DNA of 64,000 nt. Origin: Torpedo marmorata (taxonomy: Eukaryota). Positions 12,001-27,000 of the stretch are shown piece by piece; positions within the stretch are counted from its first letter, which is position 1, and the number at the start of each line of letters is the position of its first letter. Made by a program: the position numbers and the translations under genes. The notes under the pieces were generated by a model that saw only the letters and a program-made list of their open reading frames with translations, was not told the origin of the DNA and did not search any database. The stretch lies in the NCBI GenBank assembly GCA_977017645.1, contig OZ360241.1:34162001-34226000 (forward strand). Reading direction: 5' to 3'.

Positions 12001-15000
12001 AAATTTAAATAAAATTATTTAAAAAAAAAAAAAAAAAAAGATTCCAGCATCTGCAGTGTTTGTGCATCTCTTCATCGGGAATCTCATCCTTGTCTCGGTG
12101 TTTCCTTCTGTACAATTATTTTGTTTCATTTCATTTACATTCTCCCATGTGTTTGACCTGACTTCTCTGAAATTTCACTCCTCTCTTAAATGGTTGATTA
12201 CTTCAGAATTAATTATCATTTCTGGATTTACTTTCCAATCTTTAATATAACTTTAAAATATTTCTCCATCTGCTTCCTTTACATATTTCCAAAAGTTCCT
12301 ACATTAACAATTTTCATTAATAAATTCAAAATCGGATGCATGCCACATTAATATTTACTTTCCTGCCTCCAAGGGACATTAAAAACTTCCAGCAAAGCAT
12401 TTTTTTTTCATCAGACTCTGCCACTTACTCCAACTTTCTCTTTCAAATACCATACTTTTTATTATTGAATGTTATTTTTAATAGATTGCAAATTTCTAGT
12501 TATAATAAGGCTTTTATATTTATTTTTGACTTTTAAGTTAACATTTTAAATTTTGGTTTAAGTTAGCGTTTAAATTCACTGGTACCATATCTCCATATCA
12601 TTTATAAAGTGATCCAATTATATTAATTAGCATTACTGTAACAGCAAATTTAAATCAGGGCTCATGAAAAATAGAGAACTCCAAATGTGATAAATCTGAA
12701 ATAAAAATTGAGCATGTTTAAACAGTCAACAGATCAAGTAACACATGTGGAAAGAGAAAAGAAAGATCTTCCACCTGACATGTAATGCGCAAAAGTGCTG
12801 GAGAAACTCAGCAGGTCACGCAGAATCCATGTGAAGTAAAGGGTAAACAATGTTTCAGGCCTGGGCCCTTCATCAGGAATCGTTGGTTACCCGTTTCTTT
12901 CTTTGGATGCTGTGTGGCCTGCTGAGTTTGCGTTCTGCACTCAATTCCAGCATCCGCAGATTTTCTTGTTTCGCCCCAATCTTCCACCTGAAGCATTTTT
13001 CCACAGATGTTGCTGTGTTTCCAGCATTTTTGGTTTTATTATAAAACATGGCCATATTTGAGAAAAAAACCAGTGAATCATAATGACATCTTTATTCCCA
13101 CAGTCAGTAATGATCTATCCATTAAACCATCAGATTTTGTGCATAAAATTGTCAAATATTTAAGTTATGAAAACCATCCTTAAATAAAATCAACCACCTA
13201 TAAAGTGCATGAATGTAATTAGTTAAATAATTTTCATTTTAATATCCTCCAGTTTTTCCTATATTTCATAATTATCATAATCACCAATTCTGATGAAGTC
13301 TCCTTCACCAGAAGTGCTGTTTCTCTTCCCTCTGCTGCTGTCTGACCTGCGAACTAAAAGAGTGCAGCATTTTCTGTTTTAGTTTTCCAGGATCTACAGT
13401 TTTATGCTCCAAATAAAATGTTCTTGTTTGGCAGTGCTACAAGTAGTCACAAGACCAAAGTGCATGCAGTCTGTACATTCAACAATACTTCTGCTGCGGA
13501 GAATGTGGATAGAGTAATGGTGTATCATCAGATCAGTAACAAGACAAAGAACATCAGTGTTTTGGGACCCTATACTCTGGACAACAACAGCCTCCATGTA
13601 AATGGTACGAAATACCTGGTCTTTTTTTGCATTATATCCTGGAAACCATATTGTAACCTCAGATAATATATTAATGTGTTGAATCATTTTTACTCTTATA
13701 TTTCCAAATGGAATTCTTGCATTAATCAGTGATCCTTAATTCCCGACTCCGTAACCAGCAAAAACATTTCCTATCCATTCCATGAGTCCTCCTACTGCCT
13801 TGATATGGCAATCAAATCAAACCTTGACCTTTTTGTTTGTGTAATCTCTATCTATAAACTAACCCCAGAAGTCAGGTTTCATTCCAGTAAAAATGTGTTT
13901 TTTTCCAATCAAGGTGAATATAAGTTTTGCAAGGTGCAGTTAGTGTTTTCAAAAATCTCTGCATTGTCCAACCATGGATTTGCACAATAAAGCACAACTT
14001 CTATCCCCTGTGTTCTAGTTTTCTGCGTATAAAAGTATCACTGGCCTTACCTGTTATTATCTGTTCTTGCCCATAACATTTGAAGTAGGGCCGATGTAGA
14101 TGAACAACAAAACAATACTGCTGCAGAGAAGGTGGATGGAGTTACCTTGTACCATCAGTTCAGTAGCAACACAGAGAACATCATGAAATATGGATCTTAT
14201 ATTCTGAATGAAAATAGTCTCGACGTAGACAGTACGAAATTTCTTATCATTCTACATATTACAGCAAAGCTTGTTCCAGAATATGTCCAGCAATGTGCCT
14301 TTCATTAAACTGTGTGCTGATTTGGTAGTGTTACCTTCCAACTGAATCCCCTTGAATTCCACTTCCCCACTGGGAGTGCAGTGCTGCATTATTCGTGTGA
14401 AAGAAAGGGCTAGTGCAGGTTGGGAAACTTGACTTTTACAAGCAAACTGAATTAAAAACTACTGATGCCAGCTGAGAGCAACGTTCAGTATAAGCAAAGT
14501 TGCGAGAGTTTCCAATAAACAAGACTGGTACCCCGTTTACACAGAGATCCCACTTAGTTGCATGTGACCGACCCATGTTTAAAGCCAGGTCGGGTCGTAC
14601 ACACTTAATGAAGGAAAGCTATTGACGAATTCATCAGACACTTCATAAGGAATGTAAAAACAATTAAACCAGCTTGTCTGCTTTCTACTGTACAATATAA
14701 AAATGAACTTGTAACTGCTGAAATTTAGAGTTGGTGGTGGTTTAGGCCACTGCAGGCTCTCCATGATATCATTTTAATAAACTCGAGGAGCGAACCTCGA
14801 TGTATATGTTTTTGAGTGAATTTGTGCAACAATTCATTTGAGCTTTTTAACATGTGCACAAAGTCTTCTTGGTTTGATAGAATTAGTGCACCATATGTAG
14901 AAAGTATTTGACATCAGATTCAGGACAGCTGTAATTAATGGCATAATGCTGTTGTCTTTTCAGATTATCATGAATCAACACCTACAACCAGTGAGTATGC

Positions 15001-18000
15001 TTTGTGTTGCTTTCATGTATTAATGCTTCCATACTTTCATTTAAGCAGCACTCCTGATTGATGATGTATGTTGTTTCCCCTTATAGCTCCATGTGAATTG
15101 GATTTTGCTCTCTTGTGTGTCGAACAACCATTCAGTTAGATTATAGTTTGAAAGTGCCAAACAAAGCCGCAATGCAACAAGGTTGCTAATTTCATTTTTC
15201 TTTTTGGCAGAAGTACCAAATAAAAGTGAATCTCCTGAATTTAATGTGACCTTCACTATAACAAACTTGCCCTACATGGAGTCACTTCAGAACCCGGCGA
15301 CACCCTTGTTCCAATCAACTTCACAAACAATTACTGAACAGGTAAATAAATGATCAAAGCAATATTTATTAAAATTAATCGTCATTTAATATATTCAGCT
15401 CATTGACATTCTCAAAATATCTTTCTTTCAGCTCACTAACCTACTTAATAACAGCGATATAAATACAACTTTTATAGACTGCAACACAATCTCCTTCAGG
15501 TGAGAAATATGCATTATCTTCCTCATTGTTCAATTAACTAATCTATCCAATAAGCGTCAGGATGGAGGGATCCATCATGTGTTCGGATCTGAAACGTTGA
15601 CTGACCACATCTCTCCATGGATGCTGCCTGACCCATGGAGTCCCTCCAGCTCCTCTTTGTTCACTCAAGATTCTAGCATCTAAATATGGATTTGGGAATA
15701 CTTTTATAAATTGGATTAAAACTATATATAAAGAACCTACAGCTAGAGTAATTACAAATGGTCAGATATCATCTAAATTCCCTTTGTTGAGGTCAACAAG
15801 ACAAGGATGTCCTTTATCACCTGCTTTATTTGTATTGGCAATAGAACCGTTGGCTGAAGTGATTAGGAAAGATATTAATATAAATGGGATTAAAGTAGGT
15901 GCAGAAGAACATAAAATTAGTTTATTTGCAGATGATGTATTAATATATATGACGAAATCTATTGGATCGCTTCAACAATTAGCTAAGATATTGAGGGAGT
16001 ATGGTGAGATATCTGGTTACAAAATAAATTCAGATAAGAGTGAAATAATGGCTTTATCTCAAGGAGATTATACTAAATGTAAAGAAGTTACAGGATTTAA
16101 ATGGGCTAAAGAAGGAATTAAATATCTGGGAGTTAAAGTAGATACAAAATTGGAAAATTTATATAAATTAAATTATGTACCTTTATTTCAGAAAATAAAG
16201 AAAGATTTGGAGAATTGGAAAGATTTACCTATTACCTTAATGGGAAGAGTGAATTGTATTAAAATGAATATTTTTCCAAGAGTTCAATATCTTTTTCAAT
16301 CTATTCCTTTTGGAATTCCTCAAAAATTTTTTAAAGATTTAAAAACTATTATTAGAAAATTTCTATGGAAAGGAAAATTAGCAAGAGTAAGTATGGATAA
16401 ATTAACTTGGGAATACGAGATGGGTGGATTACAACTCCCCAATTTTCAATATTATTATAAGGCAGCTCAATTAAAGTTATTAATGAATTTTTTGATTTAA
16501 CTAAATCTACTGCTTGGATTAATATAGAATTGAATAATATAGGGGAAAGATATAAAGAAGATATTATTTATAAATGGAATTCTAAATTATTATTAGTTAA
16601 AAAGAAAAAATCACCGATTATTAAACATTTATTGGAAATCTGGACTCAGTTAGACAATGAGATAGGACGAAAAGGGTCATTATCTCTGAATATGCCATTG
16701 TATCAGAATTTATTGTTACCTTTTTCTATTGATAATCAATTTTTAAAACTATGGTTTCAAAAAGGAATGAAGAAGATTAAAGATTGTTTTGAGGCTGGAA
16801 GATTTGTTACATTTTCTAGGTTGAAAGAAAAATTTGGAATAATGAATAATACAATTTTGGCTTACTATCAGGTTAGAGGATTTTTAGTTGAGAAATTGGG
16901 GAATCAATTAACAACTCCAAGACAGGATGGATTAGAATTATTAATTACGAATGGAAATGTTAACAAATTTATATCACAAATGTATAAATTACTTCAGAGA
17001 AAAATGCCTAAGGTAGGATTACATAAATCAAGATTAAGTTGGGAATCAGATTTAAATATTAATATAGATGAAAAACATTGGAAAGAATTATGTAAATTGA
17101 GTATGACTAAAATTATTAATGTTAGATATAGATTAGTACAATATAATTTTTTTCATCAATTATATTTAACACCTAAAAAATTTCAAGAAATTTAACCCGG
17201 CACTATCAGATATGTGTTTTAGATGTAAGGATGAAATAGGTTCTTTTGTACACTGTACATGGTCATGTTTAAAAATTCAAAATTTTTGGTCTAAAGTTAA
17301 AGATTTTTTGGATAGAATTTTTAATATTACGGTTATTTGGAGATATTAAAAAATTTAGTATTAGAAATAGATTGAATATGTATCAAATAGAATTTTTACG
17401 AATTGTCTTAGCGGTTTCAAAAAAATGTATCGCTATTACTTGGAAATCAGACCTAGATTTGAATTTAGATAGATTACATGCAGAATTACGTTCTTGTATA
17501 CCATTGGAAAAAATTACATATAATTTACGGAATAATTATCATTTCTTTTTGAAAATTTGGAGCCCATATATGAGAATTATGGGTATGAATTAATTCTCTA
17601 GAAGTTGGTACCGCTGGCAAAAATAACCTCCAATATATAAACAGAATTAGCTTGTAATTTGTTTTCTCCTCACTTTAACTCTTTAATTCTTTATTATTCA
17701 ATTCTTTCTTTTTTTTCTTTATAACTAACATTCTTTTTTTTTCTTCTTTTTTTTTTAGAATAGTGCTGGGGGGGTTGGGGAGGGGAGGGTGGGAGGGGGG
17801 GAGGTAATATATCACATGTATTTTGAATAAAATACTATTTTTGATTCATGTATTTTGTGATTTTAAAATTTAAATAAAATTATTTAAAAAAAAAAAAAAA
17901 AAAAGATTTCAGCATCTGCAGTGTTTGTGCATCTCTTCATCGGGAATCTCATCCTTGTCTCGGTGTTTCCTTCTGTACAATTATTTTGTTTCATTTCATT

Positions 18001-21000
18001 TACTTTCTCCCATGTGTTTGACCTGACTTCTCTGAAATTTCACTCCTCTCTTAAATGGTTGATTACTTCAGAATTAATTATCATTTCTGGATTTACTTTC
18101 CAATCTTTAATATAACTTTAAAATATTTCTCCATCTGCTTCCTTTACATATTTCCAAAAGTTCCTACATTAACAATTTTCATTAATAAATTCAAAATCGG
18201 ATGCATGCCACATTAATATTTACTTTCCTGCCTCCAAGGGACATTAAAAACTTCCAGCAAAGCATTTTTTTTTCATCAGACTCTGCCACTTACTCCAACT
18301 TTCTCTTTCAAATACCATACTTTTTATTATTGAATGTTATTTTTAATAGATTGCAAATTTCTAGTTATAATAAGGCTTTTATATTTATTTTTGACTTTTA
18401 AGTTAACATTTTAAATTTTGGTTTAAGTTAGCGTTTAAATTCACTGGTACCATATCTCCATATCATTTATAAAGTGATCCAATTATATTAATTAGCATTA
18501 CTGTAACAGCAAATTTAAATCAGGGCTCATGAAAAATAGAGAACTCCAAATGTGATAAATCTGAAATAAAAATTGAGCATGTTTAAACAGTCAACAGATC
18601 AAGTAACACATGTGGAAAGAGAAAAGAAAGATCTTCCACCTGACATGTAATGCGCAAAAGTGCTGGAGAAACTCAGCAGGTCACGCAGAATCCATGTGAA
18701 GTAAAGGGTAAACAATGTTTCAGGCCTGGGCCCTTAATCAGGAATCGTTGGTTACCCGTTTCTTTCTTTGGATGCTGTGTGGCCTGCTGAGTTTGCGTTC
18801 TGCACTCAATTCCAGCATCCGCAGATTTTCTTGTTTAGCCCCAATCTTCCACCTGAAGCATTTTTCCACAGATGTTGCTGTGTTTCCAGCATTTTTGGTT
18901 TTATTATAAAACATGGCCATATTTGAGAAAAAAACCAGTGTATCATAATGACATCTTTATTCCCACAGTCAGTAATGATCTATCCATTAAACCATCAGAT
19001 TTTGTGCATAAAATTGTCAAATATTTAAGTTATGAAAACCATCCTTAAATAAAATCAACCACCTATAAAGTGCATGAATGTAATTAGTTAAATAATTTTC
19101 ATTTTAATATCCTCCAGTTTTTCCTATATTTCATAATTATCATAATCACCAATTCTGATGAAGTCTCCTTCACCAGAAGTGCTGTTTCTCTTCCCTCTGC
19201 TGCTGTCTGACCTGCGAACTAAAAGAGTGCAGCATTTTCTGTTTTAGTTTTCCAGGATCTACAGTTTTATGCTCCAAATAAAATGTTCTTGTTTGGCAGT
19301 GCTACAAGCAGTCACAAGACCAAAGTGCATGCAGTCTGTACATTCAACAATACTTCTGCTGCGGAGAATGTGGATAGAGTAATGGTGTATCATCAGATCA
19401 GTAACAAGACAAAGAACATCAGTGTTTTGGGACCCTATACTCTGGACAACAACAGCCTCTATGTAAATGGTACGAAATACCTGGTCTTTTTTTGCATTAT
19501 ATCCTGGAAACCATATTGTAACCTCAGATAATATATTAATGTGTTGAATCATTTTTACTCTTATATTTCCAAATGGAATTCTTGCATTAATCAGTGATCC
19601 TTAATTCCCGACTCCGTAACCAGCAAAAACATTTCCTATCCATTCCATGAGTCCTCCTACTGCCTTGATATGGCAATCAAATCAAACCTTGACCTTTTTT
19701 TTGTGTAATCTCTATCTATAAACTAACCCCAGAAGTCAGGTTTCATTCCAGTAAAAATGTGTTTTTTTCCAATCAAGGTGAATATAAGTTTTGCAAGGTG
19801 CAGTTAGTGTTTTCAAAAATCTCTGCATTGTCCAACCATGGATTTGCACAATAAAGCACAACTTCTATCCCCTGTGTTCTAGTTTTCTGCGTATAAAAGT
19901 ATCACTGGCCTTACCTGTTATTATCTGTTCTTGCCCATAACATTTGAAGTAGGCCGAGGTAGATGAACAACAAAACAATACTGCTGCAGAGAAGGTGGAT
20001 GGAGTTACCTTGTACCATCAGTTCAGTAGCAACACAGAGAACATCATGAAATATGGATCTTATATTCTGAATGAAAATAGTCTCGACGTAGATAGTACGA
20101 AATTTCTTATCATTCTACATATTACAGCAAAGCTTGTTCCAGAATATGTCCAGCAATGTGCCTTTCATTAAACTGTGTGCTGATTTGGTAGTGTTACCTT
20201 CCAACTGAATCCCCTTGAATTCCACTTCCCCACTGGGAGTGCAGTGCTGCATTATTCGTGTGAAAGAAAGGGCTAGTGCAGGTTGGGAAACTTGACTTTT
20301 ACAAGCAAACTGAATTAAAAACTACTGATGCCAGCTGAGAGCAACGTTCAGTATAAGCAAAGTTGCGAGAGTTTCCAATAAACAAGACTGGTACCCCGTT
20401 TACACAGAGATCCCACTTAGTTGCATGTGAACGACCCGTGTTTAAAGCCAGGTCGGGTCGTACACACTTAATGAAGGAAAGCTGGGTCAGTGCGACCATT
20501 TACATAGCAACACGGCATCCGGAGCAAAAGGAGGTGGGACCTGCAGCATTACAGCGTCGGTGTCCTGTGTGATGTATAACGTACGCGCCGGGCAGTGACC
20601 TCGTCGCGACCTCGTTACTGCCGTTTTAAGTTTGAATCTCCCGCTGGTATGTCGTACACATTCAGCGTCATCAATGCGTCACAGCCTGCGAAATACATCG
20701 GCTCTGATACTACCTACCTTGGCGGGTAATACACGGGATGAAAATGACCTCCCATCCCGCGTTTGTTGTGTTCACACAGGTAAGTGAAACGGTTAAAAGG
20801 CAGTTAATTCCTGTCTTTTAACGGCTGTGTAAAAGGGGTATCGATCTTAAGGAAGAAGTGTCTACATTAATTCTGTAAGACTGTTGAACATGTGAGACCA
20901 GACTGATTGATCATGGGTCCTGATAAGACTAATTACATTAATCTTGTTAAAACACTGTGAAGTATGGTGAAAGACTGATTGAATTAACCCATTGAAAATT

Positions 21001-24000
21001 TCATCAGACACCTCCTATTGACGAATTCATCAGACACTTCATAAGGAATGTAAAAACAATTAAACCAGCTTGTCTGCTTTCTACTGTACAATATAAAAAT
21101 GAACTTGTAACTGCTGAAATTTAGAGTTGGTGGTGGTTTAGGCCACTGCAGGCTCTCCATGATATCATTTTAATAAACTCGAGGAGCGAACCTCGATGTA
21201 TATGTTTTTGAGTGAATTTGTGCATCAATTCATTTGAGCTTTTTAACATGTGCACAAAGTCTTTTTGGTTTGATAGAATTAGTGCACCAAATGTAGAAAG
21301 TGTTTGACATCAGATTCAGGACAGCTGTAATTAATGGCATAATGCTGTTGTCTTTTCAGATTATCATGAATCAACACCTACAACCAGTGAGTATGATTTG
21401 TGTTGCTTTCATGTATTAATGCTTCCATACTTTCATTTAAGCAGCACTCCTGATTGATGATGTATGTTGTTTCCCCTTATAGCTCCATGTGAATTGGATT
21501 TTACTCTCTTGTGTGTCGAACAACCATTCAGTTAGATTATAGTTTGAAAGTGCCAAACAAAGCAGCAATGCAACAAGGTTGCTAATTTCATTTTTCTTTT
21601 TGGCAGAAGTACCAAATAAAAGTGAATCTCCTGAATTTAATGTGACCTTCACTATAACAAACTTGCCCTACATGGAGTCACTTCAGAACCCGGCGACACC
21701 CTTGTTCCAATCAACTTCACAAACAATTACTGAACAGGTAAATAAATGATCAAAGCAATATTCATTAAATTTAATCGTCATTTAATATATTCAGCTCATT
21801 GACATTCTCAAAATATCTTTCTTTCAGCTCACTAACCTACTTAATAACAGCGATATAAATACAACTTTTATAGACTGCAACACAATCTCCTTCAGGTGAG
21901 AAATATGCATTATCTTCCTCATTGTTCAATTAACTAATCTATCCAATAAGAGTCAGGATGGAGGGATCCATCATGTGTTCGGATCTGAAACGTTGACTGA
22001 CCACATCTCTCCATGGATGCTGCCTGACCCACGGAGTCCCTCCAGCTCCTCTTTGTTCACTCAAGATTCCAGCATCTGCAGTGTTTGTGCATCTCTTCAT
22101 CGGGAATCTCATCCTTGTCTCGGTGTTTCCTTCTGTACAATTATTTTGTTTCATTTCATTTACTTTCTCCCATGTGTTTGACCTGACTTCTCTGAAATTT
22201 CACTCCTCTCTTAAATGGTTGATTACTTCAGAATTAATTATCATTTCTGGATTTACTTTCCAATCTTTAATATAACTTTAAAATATTTCTCCATCTGCTT
22301 CCTTTACATATTTCCAAAAGTTCCTACATTAACAATTTTCATTAATAAATTCAAAATCAGATGCATGCCACATTAATATTTACTTTCCTGCCTCCAAGGG
22401 ACATTAAAAACTTCCAGCAAAGCAATTTTTTTTCATCAGACTCTGCCACTTACTCCAACTTTCTCTTTCAAATACCATACTTTTTATTATTGAATGTTAT
22501 TTTTAATAGATTGCATATTTCTAGTTATAATTAAGCTTTTATATTTATTTTTGACTTTTAAGTTAGCATATTAAATTTTGGTTTAAGTTAGCGTTTAAAT
22601 TCACTGGTACCATATCTCCATATCATTTATAAAGTGATCCAATTATATTAATTAGCATTACTGTAACAGCAAATTTAAATCAGGGCTCATGAAAAATAGA
22701 GAACTCCAAATGTGAGAAATCTGAAATAAAAATTGAGCATGTTTAAACAGTCAACAGATCAAGTAACACATGTGGAAAGAGAAAAGAAAGATCTTCCACC
22801 TGACATGCAATGCGAAAAAGTGCTGGAGAAACACAGCAGGTCACGCAGAATCCATGTGAAGTAAAGGGTAAACAATGTTTAGGGCCTGGGCCCTTCATCA
22901 GGAACCGTTTCTTTCTTTGGATGCTGTGTGGCCTGCTGAGTTTGCGTTCTGCACTCAATTCCAGCATCCGCAGATTTTCTTGTTTAGCCCCAATCTTCCA
23001 CCTGAAGCATTTTTCCACAGATGTTGCTGTGTTTCCAGCATTTTTGGTTTTATTATAAAACATGGCCATATTTGAGAAAAAAACCAGTGTATCATAATGA
23101 CATCTTTATTCCCACAGTCAGTAATGATCTATCCACTAAACCATCAGATTTTGTGCATAAAATTGTCAAATATTTAAGTTATGAAAACCATCCTTAAATA
23201 AAATCAACCACCTATGAAGTGCATGAATGTAATTAGTTAAATAATTTTCATTTTAATATCCTCCAGTTTTTCCTATATTTCATAATTATCATAATCACCA
23301 ATTCTGATGAAGTCTCCTTCACCAGAAGTGCTGTTTCTCTTCCCTCTGCTGCTGTCTGACCTGCGAACTAAAAGAGTGCAGCATTTTCTGTTTTAGTTTT
23401 CCAGGATCTACAGTTTTATGCTCCAAATAAAATGTTCTTGTTTGGCAGTGCTACAAGCAGTCACAAGACCAAAGTGCATGCAGTCTGTACATTCAACAAT
23501 ACTTCTGCTGCGGAGAATGTGGATAGAGTAATGGTGTATCATCAGATCAGTAACAAGACAAAGAACATCAGTGTTTTGGGACCCTATACTCTGGACAACA
23601 ACAGCCTCCATGTAAATGGTACGAAATACCTGGTCTTTTTTTGCATTATATCCTGGAAACCATATTGTAACCTCAGATAATATATTAATGTGTTGAATCA
23701 TTTTTACTCTTATATTTCCAAATGGAATTCTTGCATTAATCAGTGATCCTTAATTCCCGACTCCGTAACCAGCAAAAACATTTCCTATCCATTCCATGAG
23801 TCCTCCTACTGCCTTGATATGGCAATCAAATCAAACCTTGACCTTTTTGTTTGTGTAATCTCTATCTATAAACTAACCCCAGAAGTCAGGTTTCATTCCA
23901 GTAAAAATGTGTTTTTTCCCAATCAAGGTGAATATAACCCTGAATATAACTTTTGCAAGGTGTAGTTAGTGTTTTCAAAAATCTCGGCATTGTCCAACCA

Positions 24001-27000
24001 TGGATTTGCACAATAAAGCACAACTTCTATCCCCTGTGTTCTAGTTTTCTGCGTATAAAAGTATCACTGGCCTTACCTGTTATTATCTGTTCTTGCCCAT
24101 AACATTTGAAGTAGGCCGAGGTAGATGAACAACAAAACAATACTGCTGCAGAGAAGGTGGATGGAGTTACCTTGTACCATCAGTTCAGTAGCAACACAGA
24201 GAACATCATGAAATATGGATCTTATATTCTGAATGAAAATAGTCTCGACGTAGATAGTACGAAATTTCTTATCATTCTACATATTACAGCAAAGCTTGTT
24301 CCAGAATATGTCCAGCAATGTGCCTTTCATTAAACTGTGTGCTGATTTGGTAGTGTTACCTTCCAACTGAATCCCCTTGAATTCCACTTCCCCACTGGGA
24401 GTGCAGTGCTGCATTATTCGTGTGAAAGAAAGGGCTAGTGCAGGTTGGGAAACTTGACTTTTACAAGCAAACTGAATTAAAAACTACTGATGCCAGCTGA
24501 GAGCAACGTTCAGTATAAGCAAAGTTGCGAGAGTTTCCAATAAACAAGAGTGGTACCCCGTTTACACAGTGATCCCACTTAGTTGCATGTGAACGACCCA
24601 TGTTTAAAGCCAGGTCGGGTCGTACACACTTAATGAAGGAAAGCTATTGACGAATTCATCAGACACTTCATAAGGAATGTAAAAACAATTAAACCAGCTT
24701 GTCTGCTTTATACTGTACAATATAAAAATGAACTTGTAACTGCTGAAATTTAGAGTTGGTGGTGGTTTAGGCCACTGCAGGCTCTCCATGATATCATTTT
24801 AATAAACTCGAGGAGCGAACCTCGATGTATATGTTTTTGAGTGAATTTGTGCAACAATTCATTTGAGCTTTTTAACATGTGCACAAAGTCTTCTTGGTTT
24901 CAGAATCAGAATCAGAATCAGAATTTATTGGCATGAACAAGTCATGAAATTCGGTGCTTTGCGGCAGCATCATAGTGCAATTAACATTCATATTAACCAT
25001 TCTAACGACATTACTATATAAAAATTATAAACAATAGTGCACTAGTGTCTTTGGTTCATTGATTGTTCAGGAATCTGATGGCAGCAGGGAAGAAGCTGAC
25101 CTTGTGCCGTTGAGTGCTCGTCTTTAGGCTCCTGTACCTTTTCCCCGATGGAAGCAGCGTGAAGAGGGCATGGCCTGGGTGGTGGGGGTCCTTGAGGATA
25201 GAGGCTGCTTTATTAAGACATCGCCTCATGTAGATGTCCTCGATGGAGTGAAGTTTGGTGCCCGTGATGTCACAAGCCGAGGTAACAACCTTCTGGAGTT
25301 TGCACTTGTCCTGGGAGTTGGCACCACCATACCAGGCAGTGATGCAACCAGCTAGAATGCTCTCCACGGTACACCTGTAGAAGTTCACGAGAGTCTTTGG
25401 CGACATACCGAATCTCCGCAATCGCCTCACAAAGTATAGCCGCTGGCGAGCCTTCTTTGTGATTGCATCCACGTGGATGCTCCAGGACAGATCCTCGGAG
25501 ATGTTGACACCCAGGAATTTGAAGTTCTTGACCCTCTCCACGACTGAGCCCTCGATGAGGACTGGGTTGTGTTCCCCTGACTTCCTCCTGAAGTCCACAA
25601 TCATCTCCTTGGTTTTACTGACGTTGAGCTCGAGGTTGTTGTCATTACACCATTCAATGAGCTGATCTATCTCCCTCCTGTACGCTTCCTCATTGCCGTT
25701 TGTGATTCTGCCGACAACTGTGGTGTCATCGGCAAACTTGTATATGGCATTGGAATTGTGCCTGGCCACACAGTCATGAGTTTGATAGAATTAGTGCACC
25801 AAATGTAGAAAGTATTTGACATCAGATTCAGGACAGCTGTAATTAATGGCATAATGCTGTTGTCTTTTCAGATTATCATGAATCAACACCTACAACCAGT
25901 GAGTATGATTTGTGTTGCTTTCATGTATTAATGCTTCCATACTTTCATTTAAGCAGCACTCCTGATTGATGATGTATGTTGTTTCCCCTTATAGCTCCAT
26001 GTGAATTGGATTTTGCTCTCTTGTGTGTCGAACAACCATTCAGTTAGATTATAGTTTGAAAGTGCCAAACAAAGCCGCAATGCAACAAGGTTGCTAATTT
26101 CATTTTTCTTTTTGGCAGAAGTACCAAATAAAAGTGAATCTCCTGAATTTAATGTGACCTTCACTATAACAAACTTGCCCTACATGGAGTCACTTCAGAA
26201 CCCGGCGACACCCTTGTTCCAATCAACTTCACAAACAATTACTGAACAGGTAAATAAATGATCAAAGCAATATTCATTAAAATTAATCGTCATTTAATAT
26301 ATTCAGCTCATTGACATTCTCAAAATATCTTTCTTTCAGCTCACTAACCTACTTAATAACAGCGATATAAATACAACTTTTATAGACTGCAACACAATCT
26401 CCTTCAGGTGAGAAATATGCATTATCTTCCTCATTGTTCAATTAACTAATCTATCCAATAAGCGTCAGGATGGAGGGCTCCATCATGTGTTCGGTTCTGA
26501 AACGTTGACTGACCACATCTCTCCATGGATGCTGCCTGACCCACGGAGTCCCTCCAGCTCCTCTTTGTTCACTCAAGATTCCAGCATCTGCAGTGTTTGT
26601 GCATCTCTTCATCGGGAATCTCATCCTTGTCTCGGTGTTTCCTTCTGTACAATTATTTTGTTTCATTTCATTTACTTTCTCCAATGTGTTTGACCTGACT
26701 TCTCTGAAATTTCACTCCTCTCTTAAATGGTTGATTGCTTCAGAATTAATTATCATTTCTGGATTTACTTTCCAATCTTTAATATAACTTTAAAATATTT
26801 CTCCATCTGCTTCCTTTACATATTTCCAAAAGTTCCTACATTAACAATTTTCATTAATAAATTCAAAATCGGATGCATGCCACATTAATATTTACTTTCC
26901 TGCCTCCAAGGGACATTAAAAACTTCCAGCTAAGCATTTTTTTTTCATCAGACTCTGCTACTTACTCCAACTTTCTCTTTCAAATACCATACTTTTTATT

